Shown in pieces: positions 10,956 to 21,595 of a stretch of DNA of 64,000 bases. A model generated the notes under the pieces. The model saw nothing but the letters and a program-made list of their open reading frames with translations, ran no database searches and had not been told where the DNA came from. Source of the stretch: Novakomyces olei (taxonomy: Eukaryota); contig JADEYG010000009.1 of NCBI GenBank assembly GCA_016906335.1, positions 1,488,001 to 1,552,000 of the forward strand, given 5' to 3'. The first letter of the stretch is position 1; each line of letters begins with the position of its first letter. The position numbers were made by a program, and so were the translations under genes.

Positions 10956-11285
10956 GGCTGTCACGGCCGCAATGGTGGAAGCGAACTGGCCTTCCGTTAT
11001 CTGCTTACAGAAATCTGGTGAAGCGGTCACGTGCCGTGTATAAAAGGAATATTTGAGTCTCTTGTTCGATTCCCGGCGCCCGCCCGTATATTTCCTCTGT
11101 AAAGAGGGAATTATATGTTAGGGTTAATAGCCCTATATTGTCTGGCGGCGAAGTTGGTGCGGTGTACTGTCTCAGTGCGGCAACGCAGCAGGACACTCCG
11201 CGCGCTGGGAATGTGTCGGGCAAGACGGGATCTCTGTTCCCCGGATTGCTGGAGTTGGAGGGTTGTTGCAACTGCTTTAATTCTT
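10956..11285 (+). ncRNA. SCR1: Signal recognition particle (SRP/7SL) RNA
   Basis: Minimal fungal Alu hairpin GGCUG-UCA-CGGCC with the UGUNR motif; helix 8 UGUCUCAGUGCG-GCAA-CGCAGCAGGACA (11168-11195); helix 6 with GUAA loop (11086-11117); helix 5 UCUUGUUCGAUUCCCGGCGC pairs with GCGCUGGGAA..UCGGGCAAGA; TATATAA at 10927-10933; internal B-box-like GTTCGATTCC; T6 terminator at 11284-11289. Confidence 0.9.
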
Positions 11286-11562
11286 TTTTGATTCAATTCG
11301 TTTTGATTTTTTATATAGTTTATGAGGCTTCTATATAGCACGCACTCAAAGTAGGGAAGGGATGCCAGAATATTACGGCCTTCTCTCTACGGCTGGACTG
11401 TTGACTCTGTGTATAAGCGGGGAAGGGGATAGGACTCGTGACATGCTCAATATGCAGCTATACTATAAACTTTAAACATTCCATCTCAACCATACACTTT
11501 ATAAACATATGTACAATACTAGAGCCTGCAAAGCACAGCCTCGCATCTAACGAGGATCCCAT

Positions 11563-12810
11563 CTAACGAGGATCCCATTTTGTCGATCCCATAAGGACAA
11601 AGCTCTCAAAAGGTACATCGTCCGGGGACAGTTCCGGTTTGAATTCCAGTGTAGAAGCAAAAGAGTGAATAAGCTGGTGCCAGTAGCACGAAATGGCCGA
11701 GGGCGAAAGGTACTTTTGTGCCAGTAATTCCTGATTTTTGCTCATAATATGGTGAGCAACACGATCGTTCTCGATCAGGAGCTGCATAATTGCCTCCAGG
11801 TTTGTCCAGTCGTGATCTACAAGCACGATATTCTGCTCTGGGTGCCCCCGTTCGCCGTTCAACAAGTGATCAAAATGCTGGACCCACTCAGAGTCCTGTT
11901 GCACGACTACGGACTGGCATAAGAGCAGGTATTTCAGTCTGCCCGAGTAGGATACGCCTTCCATATTCAGCAGGTACTTGTACCGGCAATGGTCCTCCAT
12001 GCTGACATAGTGCGAAATGTCGCTGCCCCACCGGATCTCTTGCACATCAGCCCAGGGTTTTCCCTCCACCATGTTTAACGCGTCTCGACGCGTCGGGACA
12101 AGCGCGGCACCGCGCCACAGCAGCCGTGCGTGCTTTTTGGCAAATCCTCCCGCAGCGGCCGCCTGCGCTTCGACCCGTTTGACCTTATCGTAGACCTCCT
12201 GCCACTCTCCAATCCGCGGCTCTGGCCAGCTCCAGAACCCAAAGTCCGGCATGAGCCATATATTCTCCTGAGATTTGGTCCGTGAAAGGGCCCAAGTGCC
12301 CTCCTGGCCTTTATCGCCAAACGACATGACAAACTCCACGTCGGGCAGGGGCTCAGGCGCAGTAAGAACGGCTCTGTACAGAGCCAGCCAGAGCGCTTCT
12401 TCTCTGCTAAAAGCATCGTTGCGCTCATTGCCCACCACGTACAGTCGGCCACTGATTATTTTGCCGTGCAAATTCGACGGGGCCACTTTGTCAATGTGTT
12501 TACGTGACGTGCTCCGCACTGCCGCCAGAGCTCTGTCGATCTCGAAGCTGTTGCGTGGGAACTGCTCTCGGCACTGATCGAGTGTGAGCGACAGATCCGT
12601 CGGCCACGGAGGGAACTCGGCCAAAGTCGTGTTCGGCCCGACGGACAGCCACGAGTCCTCGTCCGGCTCTGGAGCCGTCTTTGCACTGTCCTCGCTGACT
12701 CTACGCACATCCTCTACACTCAGAGTCTGCCAGAACCAGAGACCACAGAGCACGAGAGCCGCTGCTGCTAATAAGCGAAGCCGCCGAGAATAAACTGCTT
12801 CAAGGGGCAT
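11563..12810 (-). CDS. Glycosyltransferase family 90 (CAP10/KDELC-like) type II membrane protein, intronless
   Basis: 415-aa ORF with an N-terminal signal anchor, LPDVEF, WLMPDFGFWSWPE, LLWRG and DHCRYKYLLNMEGVSYSGRLKYLLLCQSVV. Confidence 0.88.
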   Translation of the reverse strand: MPLEAVYSRRLRLLAAAALVLCGLWFWQTLSVEDVRRVSEDSAKTAPEPDEDSWLSVGPNTTLAEFPPWPTDLSLTLDQCREQFPRNSFEIDRALAAVRSTSRKHIDKVAPSNLHGKIISGRLYVVGNERNDAFSREEALWLALYRAVLTAPEPLPDVEFVMSFGDKGQEGTWALSRTKSQENIWLMPDFGFWSWPEPRIGEWQEVYDKVKRVEAQAAAAGGFAKKHARLLWRGAALVPTRRDALNMVEGKPWADVQEIRWGSDISHYVSMEDHCRYKYLLNMEGVSYSGRLKYLLLCQSVVVQQDSEWVQHFDHLLNGERGHPEQNIVLVDHDWTNLEAIMQLLIENDRVAHHIMSKNQELLAQKYLSPSAISCYWHQLIHSFASTLEFKPELSPDDVPFESFVLMGSTKWDPR

Positions 12811-13130
12811 ACGGTCGGGTTTGCCGACGCTTGGCGTCTCTTCTGCCGGCTTTTCCGTAGAGATTGCGGGTGATTGCCGTCCTGGATCGTACAGTCTTTG
12901 CCTTATCGAGCAACCGCACGTTTGTCTCCCAATAATATTATTACTAGATTTTTATTTTATTTTTTTTTTCCCACACATGTTCCACATTCTAAGTGTTATA
13001 TACGACGGTTTACATATATTTATTTGCCGGCACTGGCCCGTCTGATTTACACCCAATAGCGGTATATGTAATGCCGGTATGAATTATAATTAAATTAGAA
13101 ATAATTAGAAATATGTATGAATAAACATAA

Positions 13131-13315
13131 ATAATTTAGATATAATTTAGATATAATTTAGATATAATTTAGAAATAAATCATAAATAAATTAGAAATAA
13201 ATAAATTAGAAATAAATAAATTAGAAATAAATAAATTAGAAATAAATAAATTAGAAATAAATAAATTAGAAATAAATAAATTAGAAATAAATAAATTATA
13301 AATAAATAAATTATA
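13131..13315. repeat. AT-rich minisatellite: 11-bp ATAATTTAGAT x about 4, then 14-bp ATAAATTAGAAATA x about 8
   Basis: Tandem units read directly from the sequence. Confidence 0.9.
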
Positions 13316-14209
13316 TATTATAATAAATCATAAATAAAATAAAAGATTATGCGAGCCGATGATGGATGTAATGCAAACAGCACTGAAATGGTTCGATCAC
13401 ACACAAATTCATATCGATTTTTGCTAAGATTAGTTTTTGATTCGGATTGGTAAAATGTCTGACTCACAATCGCCTCCATTCCTGATAAGACGCTAATTTG
13501 CAAACGACTCGTTTTGCGAGAGCTGACCCCGTTTGGTGCAGCCATTTGAGAAAAATTGCATACTTGTTAAACTTGGACTATTCTCATCTTTATCTTAATT
13601 TTCAAATTTAAGCCATACTCGTTCCTCAATTCGATTAGCGCGTCAATTGACCAAAGCGACGCAAAAAGAAGCTATATACATAATGAGAGGAAAAGACTGA
13701 GATCAACTTGGCTGCTGTTACAATTTGGGCCATTGATTTTACAAAGACCTGTGCCGATCACTTTTCGCTTATCATCAGCTGAGTAAGTACTTATCGGGCA
13801 AAGAGCATCTCAGTAATAAGAGCAATATAAATCAAAGAATAAGAATAAATGTATTGTTAGAAGACAAATCGAAGAAAACAAAATGTTGCTCATTTCATGT
13901 TTGGGTATTTGGATATAGCGCTTCCATTGTCTCTAACTAAAGGAGATAGAGATAGAAACCATATTGCAGGACGAGTTGAGCTGTGCCGCTCTACCCTAAG
14001 GCTCAAAGTTCGATCGAGCAAAAAGTATTTACGTATATGTGTATACCAACGAAAAGATGTCAAAGATCCTACACGACTAAAGAGAAATATACATGCTTTA
14101 CTTGCCATTATAGTATCGTAAACAGGCGGTAGGGTGCCCGTATTTTTCCAATCAATCCGTCTAATGATTCAACAACTGATAATCTATACATAACGAGGCC
14201 ACTCCGCGA

Positions 14210-15501
14210 CTACTCCACATTTGCACAGACAAGGTACCTTCATATTAGCAAATAAAACACAAATAAACGAGAAAGATATTGAGCAAGTGCAATTGGAACG
14301 TACCCCTTCTTCTTCACGACACCTCGTAGTTTAACAAAAACGCTATACTTCACAACCCATTCTGGTACAAACTTGTTTGCATGACCTTGAGCTAATCCCG
14401 AGTCCGCCAAGATCTGTGTCAAAGTAGAAGAATCAAGGATATTGACGCAGTCAGCGTGATTAAGTAAGACTACGCCGTGATTCCGAGTGTACTGAATAAG
14501 CCGCCGAGGAAGTTCACAGCAGTTCCGCACATTAATTTGTAGAGCTGTTGGAGGGGTCTTTACTGCCTCACGAAGAGCTCCAAGCCTGGAGACTCCAAAT
14601 TCACTAATCCCAAGATCACGTACTCGTTCTTTTGCTTTTTCTTCTTCAACTGCCTTCCATACATTTGACCAGTAAGATATATCCTGAGGAGGGACAGTTC
14701 TATCCTCCTTGCCGGCCACATCTTTCTCCTCGTCTTCTACATTGAACTGTCCAGGGAAGGAGAGAATAAAAAGATCAGCCATATCAAGCCCTAGGTGCTG
14801 ATAGAGTACGTTTAATGCATCGTGAACTGCCTGCTCGTTCTTCTTCTCGTTCCGCTCAAGCAGAAACAGTTTGACTGGCACAGATGAGTTGTGGTTCATA
14901 AATAAAACACAGAAATAAATGTGTAAACAACAGAAAGAAAAGGCTTCCATATCTCAGTGCAAATGCACGTTTAGCGAGCAATCGTAAACCTGGATATGCA
15001 AGTCATGATGCTGCATATGATGCCAAACAAACTTACCTGTAACTTGAACATCAGACCTTGTTTCCTCTTCGACTATACGTGGAAACGGAACGGGAAGTGC
15101 ACACGTCCGATCGTGATTCGAGTACTCAAAGGCAACCGAAGAATCCTCGTCCGCGTTTAGCGACTTCCGTAATGTCTCTACTAGCTAAAAGCAACGTGAG
15201 CACTTGGAAAAAACGTGAAAAATAAACATTTAATCTCGACTTTTATGTCTTTGCCTGTTTTTATAACAAATGTTTATATGAATTTTTTTTTTTGCAACAC
15301 TTGCTTTTGCTCTGCAAACCATCAAATTTGCAGGCCATATAATACTCTTGATACCTCCAAATTACTCTTTGACGAAGTTGTGTTGTACAGATTGTCAACA
15401 GAGTCACGCATAATATTCCCTGTGCTTAATAAGAGTCGCCGTGGCGCCGGTCTAAGCTCCGTGAGCAATGGCTCGTTGCTCTGTTCCTGATCTGCCGTCA
15501 T
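14210..15501 (-). CDS. GCLM: Glutamate-cysteine ligase regulatory (modifier) subunit, aldo-keto-reductase-like fold, 4 exons
   Basis: Exon 1 MTADQ...RRLLLSTGNIM...KSNLE; exon 2 LVETLRKSL...DVQVT; exon 3 VKLFL...DLFILSFPG...DLGISEFG...QINVRNCC...PEWVVKYSVFVKLRGVVKKKG; exon 4 YLVCANVE. Confidence 0.85.
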
Positions 15502-16803
15502 TCTGTGCCGATAGAGTACGTATTTTGTACAGCCTGAAGCTCTGACTGAGCGAGAAAGTCTATCAAATACTCGATACTGCCGAGACGGACGTTGGATCGT
15601 GATCCGCTCTTCCGATCAAACAAGATTGCAGACTAAACCAATCGTTCCCAAAGAGAATTTGCAACTAATCCGAAACCAAAACCACGCGAGATTGCAGTTT
15701 GAGGAGACGAGACTGTCGTAGTAAAATTGAAAGAAACTTTGATTGTATAAATCGTAATCGAGCGCCGCTGCAAACTAGGCAGATTCCAGGATTTCCGGTG
15801 CCGACTTCATATACGAAAAAGAAAAGGCAACGGCAATCGAATTACCGAATAAATTATCGCTTACAAATATCAATATCGCCATTCGTTCAAAGTAATGATT
15901 GGCTCGCATTGCGTATGTAAGTTAGTCACATATAAAATATGTCTGTCATATATAATAAAGTATGTCTATCAATTATTGATACCGGCGGCTGATATATTCA
16001 CGGGCCCCGTGAGCCAAGACGAGTGGCGCTGACGCATACTAAAATACTTTACTTGATCCAAATTAGATCAAATCGGCTCGTGGTTGGGTAAAATGCCGCT
16101 CATTACTTTATACGTCGCTAATCTTTCTGTTTTAAAAGCGTGCTAAAAGACTTTTTGTCTGGAAAATATAATTGGCTGTATAAACTGACACGGACGATAA
16201 CATAATAAATTGCAAGACACGTAAATGAAGCGGAGTGAATGCACCAATTAGAACTCTATCGTCTTGAAGGGAAAAAGAACTACTTTTCACTTTTCTCTCT
16301 CGAATAAAGACTTAACCACATTAATTATTCCGTAATATTTATCATTCTGTAATGATAATGATTCTATAACTCAAGAGAGTTTTGATCGTATCGAGAGGAT
16401 AAAATGACCATTCATTCCATTCAAACGACATGTCAGTCGCCATATTAATCACAAATATACATTGATAATATGTGCAATGGTTGTGCACTAATTTAAACCA
16501 TTCTCGTTTGCAGGAGGACGCCAGCTTCCGGGCAAAATATACATTATTTAAAACATGAAAAATCAAAAAAGCCAAACCCCCATTGAAGATTTTCCCGAAA
16601 GATCATACATGTCAGATGATTACAAATAAGATAAAAGGAGATAGCCACGGGAATGACCATGCCTGTTACTGATTCAATGGATGCCCAATGAAGGGAGACT
16701 TCAATTGTACAATTGAAGATTAAAAATTAAAAATAAAAATAAAAAAAAAGCAACCCCATCGACAGATTACACATTAATGTATAAACAATATTTCCCCGTG
16801 CAC

Positions 16804-18883
16804 TTATTTTCCCGGCAGTTTTGTAAACGCAAACTTGGACATGGCTCTGATCTTTGGCCCATATCGAAAGAAAAGAAAAGGAATCGGTGCCAGCAAAATA
16901 GACACGCAGCCCAACATGGTGAACGTGTACTTTATTGTCATGCCGTTAATCATTTGAGCAGTGAATAGGGGAAAAGCAGCTCCAAATCCACTACGCATAA
17001 TCGTGTTTGCTGCCAAAGCAGAGGCGGCATAGCGCAAATACGCGTCGGTGAGGTAGTTGAAAAAAGCCAGGAAAATAAAGTTCATGCAGATACCAAACAT
17101 GACGGCACTAATCATGGGCAAAATCCAGTGTAGGTACGAAAACTGTGTCCAGCCGAGCCAAAATAGGGATATTGGTAACAAAACAGCACTAACAAATGAC
17201 ATCGGCAGCCTTGCTTCAGGGTAAACTGAATCACGGCCATTCTTTTCTATTAGGCGAATCCATATCCTCTGCCATATTGGTGTAGTCATCGCAGAAATAA
17301 CAGCACCAAGCGCAACAGGGATAAATGCCAGACCATTTGTAAGCTCTGAAAATCCATGGTGCTCTATGAAAATGAAGGGGAATGCCTCAAAGTATGCATA
17401 CAAAATTCCATAGACCAAACTCATGTAAAGCGTGAGCAGAAATACAATTGGTTCCATGAATAGCAGCACTAATTTTGTGTTAGATTTGATAAAAACCAAA
17501 ATAAGTAAATAGATAAATTACACAATGATAAACGACAAGTAGAAATGAATAAATAAAAACTTACAAAAAGGCCTTGTTAGGGCAAATTTGAATACAGTCT
17601 TAAGTGATCGATCAGTTCGCTCAATCTCTGCATACAATTCCGTATCGCCCGTTTCCTTACGCAATCGTCTGGCCTTACGCTCCAGGATAATAGGAGCAAA
17701 CGTTTCCGGAAGGAAAAACACCATAACTACGAGGCAGATAAAGGCAAAAATAAGCATAACCCAAAAGACCCAGCGCCACGATGTGCCTGACGTTGAAATA
17801 GCACCGGATACCGTAGGAGCTAATGAGGGACCAAGAAAAGGAGCAAGTGTGAAAAAAGCAAAGACCTTGCCTCTTTCAATAGGAGGCCATATACTTCATG
17901 GTTAGTTAATTCTTTTCTTGTTTATTCATGGCTTACTCTGCAAGAACACCTCCGCTGTTAGTGAGAGGACTGGCGGCAAATACTCCTCCAAAGAGACGAC
18001 ACAAAATCATGGTTGCAGGATTTTGAGCCAATGCACAGCCGATAATAAATATAGTATAACAAGTAAAAGAACTGGGCCGTTAATTTAGAGAACATTTCGA
18101 GAAGACAGAAAAAAAAAAAGGAAATTATACATTAAAAAGATGATTCGCCGGCCGAAGAGCTCACTAGATCATTAGAAATCGATATAATAAGAGTATAGTA
18201 ATACCTTAGCGGCGCCCACAGAAGGGGGCCAATGCAATAGCCAGCAACGAAAAGCGAAATAGCAAGAGTAGTAACCTCTCTACTTTGATGTAGGGCTCGG
18301 CCTATATCAGCCGCAACTCCACTTGGTGCGGAGGATGCAAAAGTACTGATCGTTAGCGTAAACAAGGCAAATAGTCAAAAGACACGAGGAAAGGGTGTCA
18401 TACGCATTCAGCACAAGCAAACTCGAAAATAGTGAAATCCACCATTTTTTCGGCCTTGAAAAGTTTTGTGGATTCTCGGGATCGTTAGGCTCAAATACGA
18501 CGAGTTTAGGGTTCGAGGCTGGATCTACATCGTACACACTACGCGACTGCATATGGCTTAAAGCGCTGGCAAGCTCACCGTCTGCGTCTTCATAACGAGA
18601 CGCGCCACTTGTTGCCGTAGCAGCACGCGTAAGAGCACTATTCCGCGATCGCGTCTTATTTGCAGCTAAAGCAGCCGAGTCTGGATTAGCGCTATTTGCG
18701 TCATTTACGCCGTCGTGCTCTTTCAGAGGCGGAGCACCGTCTAAAGTCGCTTCAGCATTGCTCCGTGAATCGTGTAACGAAGCCGAGTCATTCTTTTCGA
18801 GATCTGTTTATCAAAAACATATTGTGGTTAGCAAAGCGAGGAATAAATTGCCATTTACCTATATGCGAATTGGAAGAGGACAT
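16804..18883 (-). CDS. MFS multidrug transporter, DHA1 family, 7 exons
   Basis: Start MSSSNSHIDLEK; DPENPQNFSRPKKW; GPLLWAPLSELFGRR; ASPLTNSGGVLADIW; LPETFAPIIL; PEARL; YAASALAANTIMRS. Confidence 0.92.
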
Positions 18884-19375
18884 CGTCTCTTCACGCTATC
18901 GCTACTAGACACAGTACTTGAGACGTCTGCTCAAGTCCGAATACTCAACTTTGGTATTATGACCTCGATGTGACGTCGGCAAACAACTTGAAAAATCCAG
19001 ACAAACAGGAACAGACAACGGGGCTCTGTAGCGTTTTTGTTTGCGGATCAAAGAATAAAATTTGGAGGTTGTCTATTGCCAAGCTGCGGGAATAAAAGGC
19101 AATTTTAAGCGGGTGACGGAGTATTATTATTCATCACCTGTCGGCGATTTCGGCGCAGTCGGAATGCCGAAGGTATAATATGTAGAGAAATAGTAATTGC
19201 GAAATTTTTATATTAATAATCGGCAATTGCAAGTGCCGTGTAGGGAATGATAAGGGCAACGACGTCACTATATTATTGTAGAAAAAATATTTTGATCAAG
19301 AGAGCCTGAGAAAAACCATAATAATATTCTATCGAGTACAAAGTACAAGTAAACAATAAAGGGAGGGTGTTTTAC

Positions 19376-19483
19376 ATTAATAACAATAATAACAATAATA
19401 ACAATAATAACAATAATAACAATAATAACAATAATAACAATAATAACAATAATAACAATAATAACAATAATAACAATAATAAT
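19376..19483. repeat. 9-bp tandem repeat (TAACAATAA) x about 11
   Basis: Perfect tandem array in the MFS-ARF6 spacer. Confidence 0.95.
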
Positions 19484-19930
19484 GAAAGCAGAAGAGAATC
19501 AAAGAACGGCGTTTGAATTGACAAACAAAAAATTTTCAAGGTTGGAGCCTAGACGGCATTTGCTTTTCAAACCTATCATATACACACCTTTTTTACGCAT
19601 TTTGAAACAAGCAGATAATTGATTTTCGAGATTCTACAATTGTTTGCATTACCAAATATTTATTTTCTAACATATATTTTATCTGCTGATTGCAGATGAC
19701 AACATCATAATCCGACTGACGTTCAAGACGAAACCGTTGGCCAGACTTTGGTGCATATAGCAGATTGAATGCACGTCTATAATGTACTGAGCGGACAACA
19801 GTACATAACTTTAGGTTTAGGCTCCAAAGAAAACAACGTACGACGAAGCTGTGTATGTGTAAGATGATTGTGCTAGTCGGTTCAATATTTAGCTCGACTA
19901 GCAAGAGCAGGCTATCCGTTCCCTGCCCTC

Positions 19931-20872
19931 CTATTTTGGCTGCTTCACGTTTTGACCCAGCCAAGACTGGAAATTGTTAGCTTCGACTAAATTTAAAAAC
20001 GCGCAAAGCGTATATTGTAACCCACCAATCCCTCAACGAGACCATCTCCGCGAATCGCACAGGCCGGCTGAACGTTCCATAAATGATCTTTGATACTATC
20101 GAGACCAAGAGCAGCCGTTGTTTCTCTCGCTGCCATAGCTATATTAAATATTAGAAGATGGAACCTAATTTTGTGTTTACCGTTGGGAAGATCCTGTTTG
20201 TTGGCGAAAACTAAAACTACGCAATCTCTCATTTCACGGTCGCTAATAATTCGATGCAATTCGATCCGCGCTTCTTCCATCCGGTCACGATCCGCCGCGT
20301 CGACCACAAAGATCAAAGCCTGTGTGCCTGTATAATAATGCCGCCATAACGGCCGAATTTTGTCTTGGCCACCCACATCCTGCATTGTTGGATTTCATGA
20401 TACAATAAAAGCCTTTCAAACGTTTAAAAGGCTACAGGGATCTTTAAGGTTCCACTTACCCACACATTGAACCGTATATTGCGGTACGTTACCGTCTCCA
20501 CGTTAAACCCCACAGTTGGAATCGTAGTAACGCTGTTGTTAGAGTATGCAATGTACCAATCCCCTTACTTTTGCGCCAGTTTAAGCTTGTATATTATCGC
20601 TGCATTATTATTAGCGCATTTTGTTGTGCTTCTGACACTCGTCCTGGAAGCTGAGCAATTCGCAGCTCTTCATTGCTCAATGCCAGCAATTCCTCCTCTT
20701 TTTTAATCGAAACTCGTCTCTTTCCCTGCTGTACTTACACGTTTTACCAGCCGCGTCCAAGCCCAGCATTAAGACTCGCATTTCTACACGTCGTGTCAGC
20801 ATCGGTGCGAACAGGGCAATTACCTTTTGCTTTCAAGAAGCGGAAAAGAACCTTGGACAGTACACCACCCAT
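19931..20872 (-). CDS. ARF6: ADP-ribosylation factor, class III (Arf6-like), 7 exons
   Basis: [58 protein letters not shown] (the Arf6-type YYTGTQ); ANKQDLP; ends [11 protein letters not shown]. Confidence 0.92.
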
Positions 20873-21595
20873 TGCGCGTATGCAGTATGGCAGAATACGT
20901 GTCAATTGCACGCCTCCGCACAAAAGCTTACAAGGTTTGGACGGACTTGCTCATTCAGCGCGAAGCTGTTTGCTCGTAAATAATGTAAATAAGCGCACGA
21001 TTATTATTCTTATTAGCGTATTATATTGGCACAGGAAACGACAGACAAAACGAGGCAAAATGAGACGACTATTGTGCGCACATGTTCATTTTTAATTATA
21101 CCAATGCAGCAGGGTTAGTTAGGGTTTAGCGTGTACATTATAGCAAGTTTCATACTGTAATGTTGTAATAATGAAATAATGAAATAATGTAATAATGTAA
21201 TTGTTCAGATAATAGTGTAATTAAACGGTACGAGTGAGCCGTAAATGACGACTATCGTCGACAGCAACTGACTCCACAGACCTCCGACACGGATTCAGGC
21301 TGCATTTTGTAAGCGTCCAACAGCCCATTTTTACAGTGAAAGAAGTATCGTACTGCTATTGCTGCTCGAGGACGCTGTGAACTGCGATGCTGTACTAAAC
21401 ACGCAAACTGCTCTTGGCTTGACAAGAGCGCAGTACAGCAGTTTACCAGCACAACAGGCGGGTATTGACAGGTCCGGGTTAGGGTTAAGCGGGAAGCGTA
21501 CACGGCCAATACACAGTGAGTCAGCAAAACGCTGAGGCTGCGAGAGATAGTGGGATTATTACACACTTTTGCCAGTACCAGCGCACGCTTCCGTG

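Noticed and set aside
11020-11083. tRNA suggested by GTTCGATTCCCGG
   Set aside because: No cloverleaf; the segment is SRP helix 5 and its internal B-box-like sequence.
13131-13315. CRISPR-like array or transposon termini
   Set aside because: Head-to-tail AT-rich units without spacers, inverted termini or a transposase.
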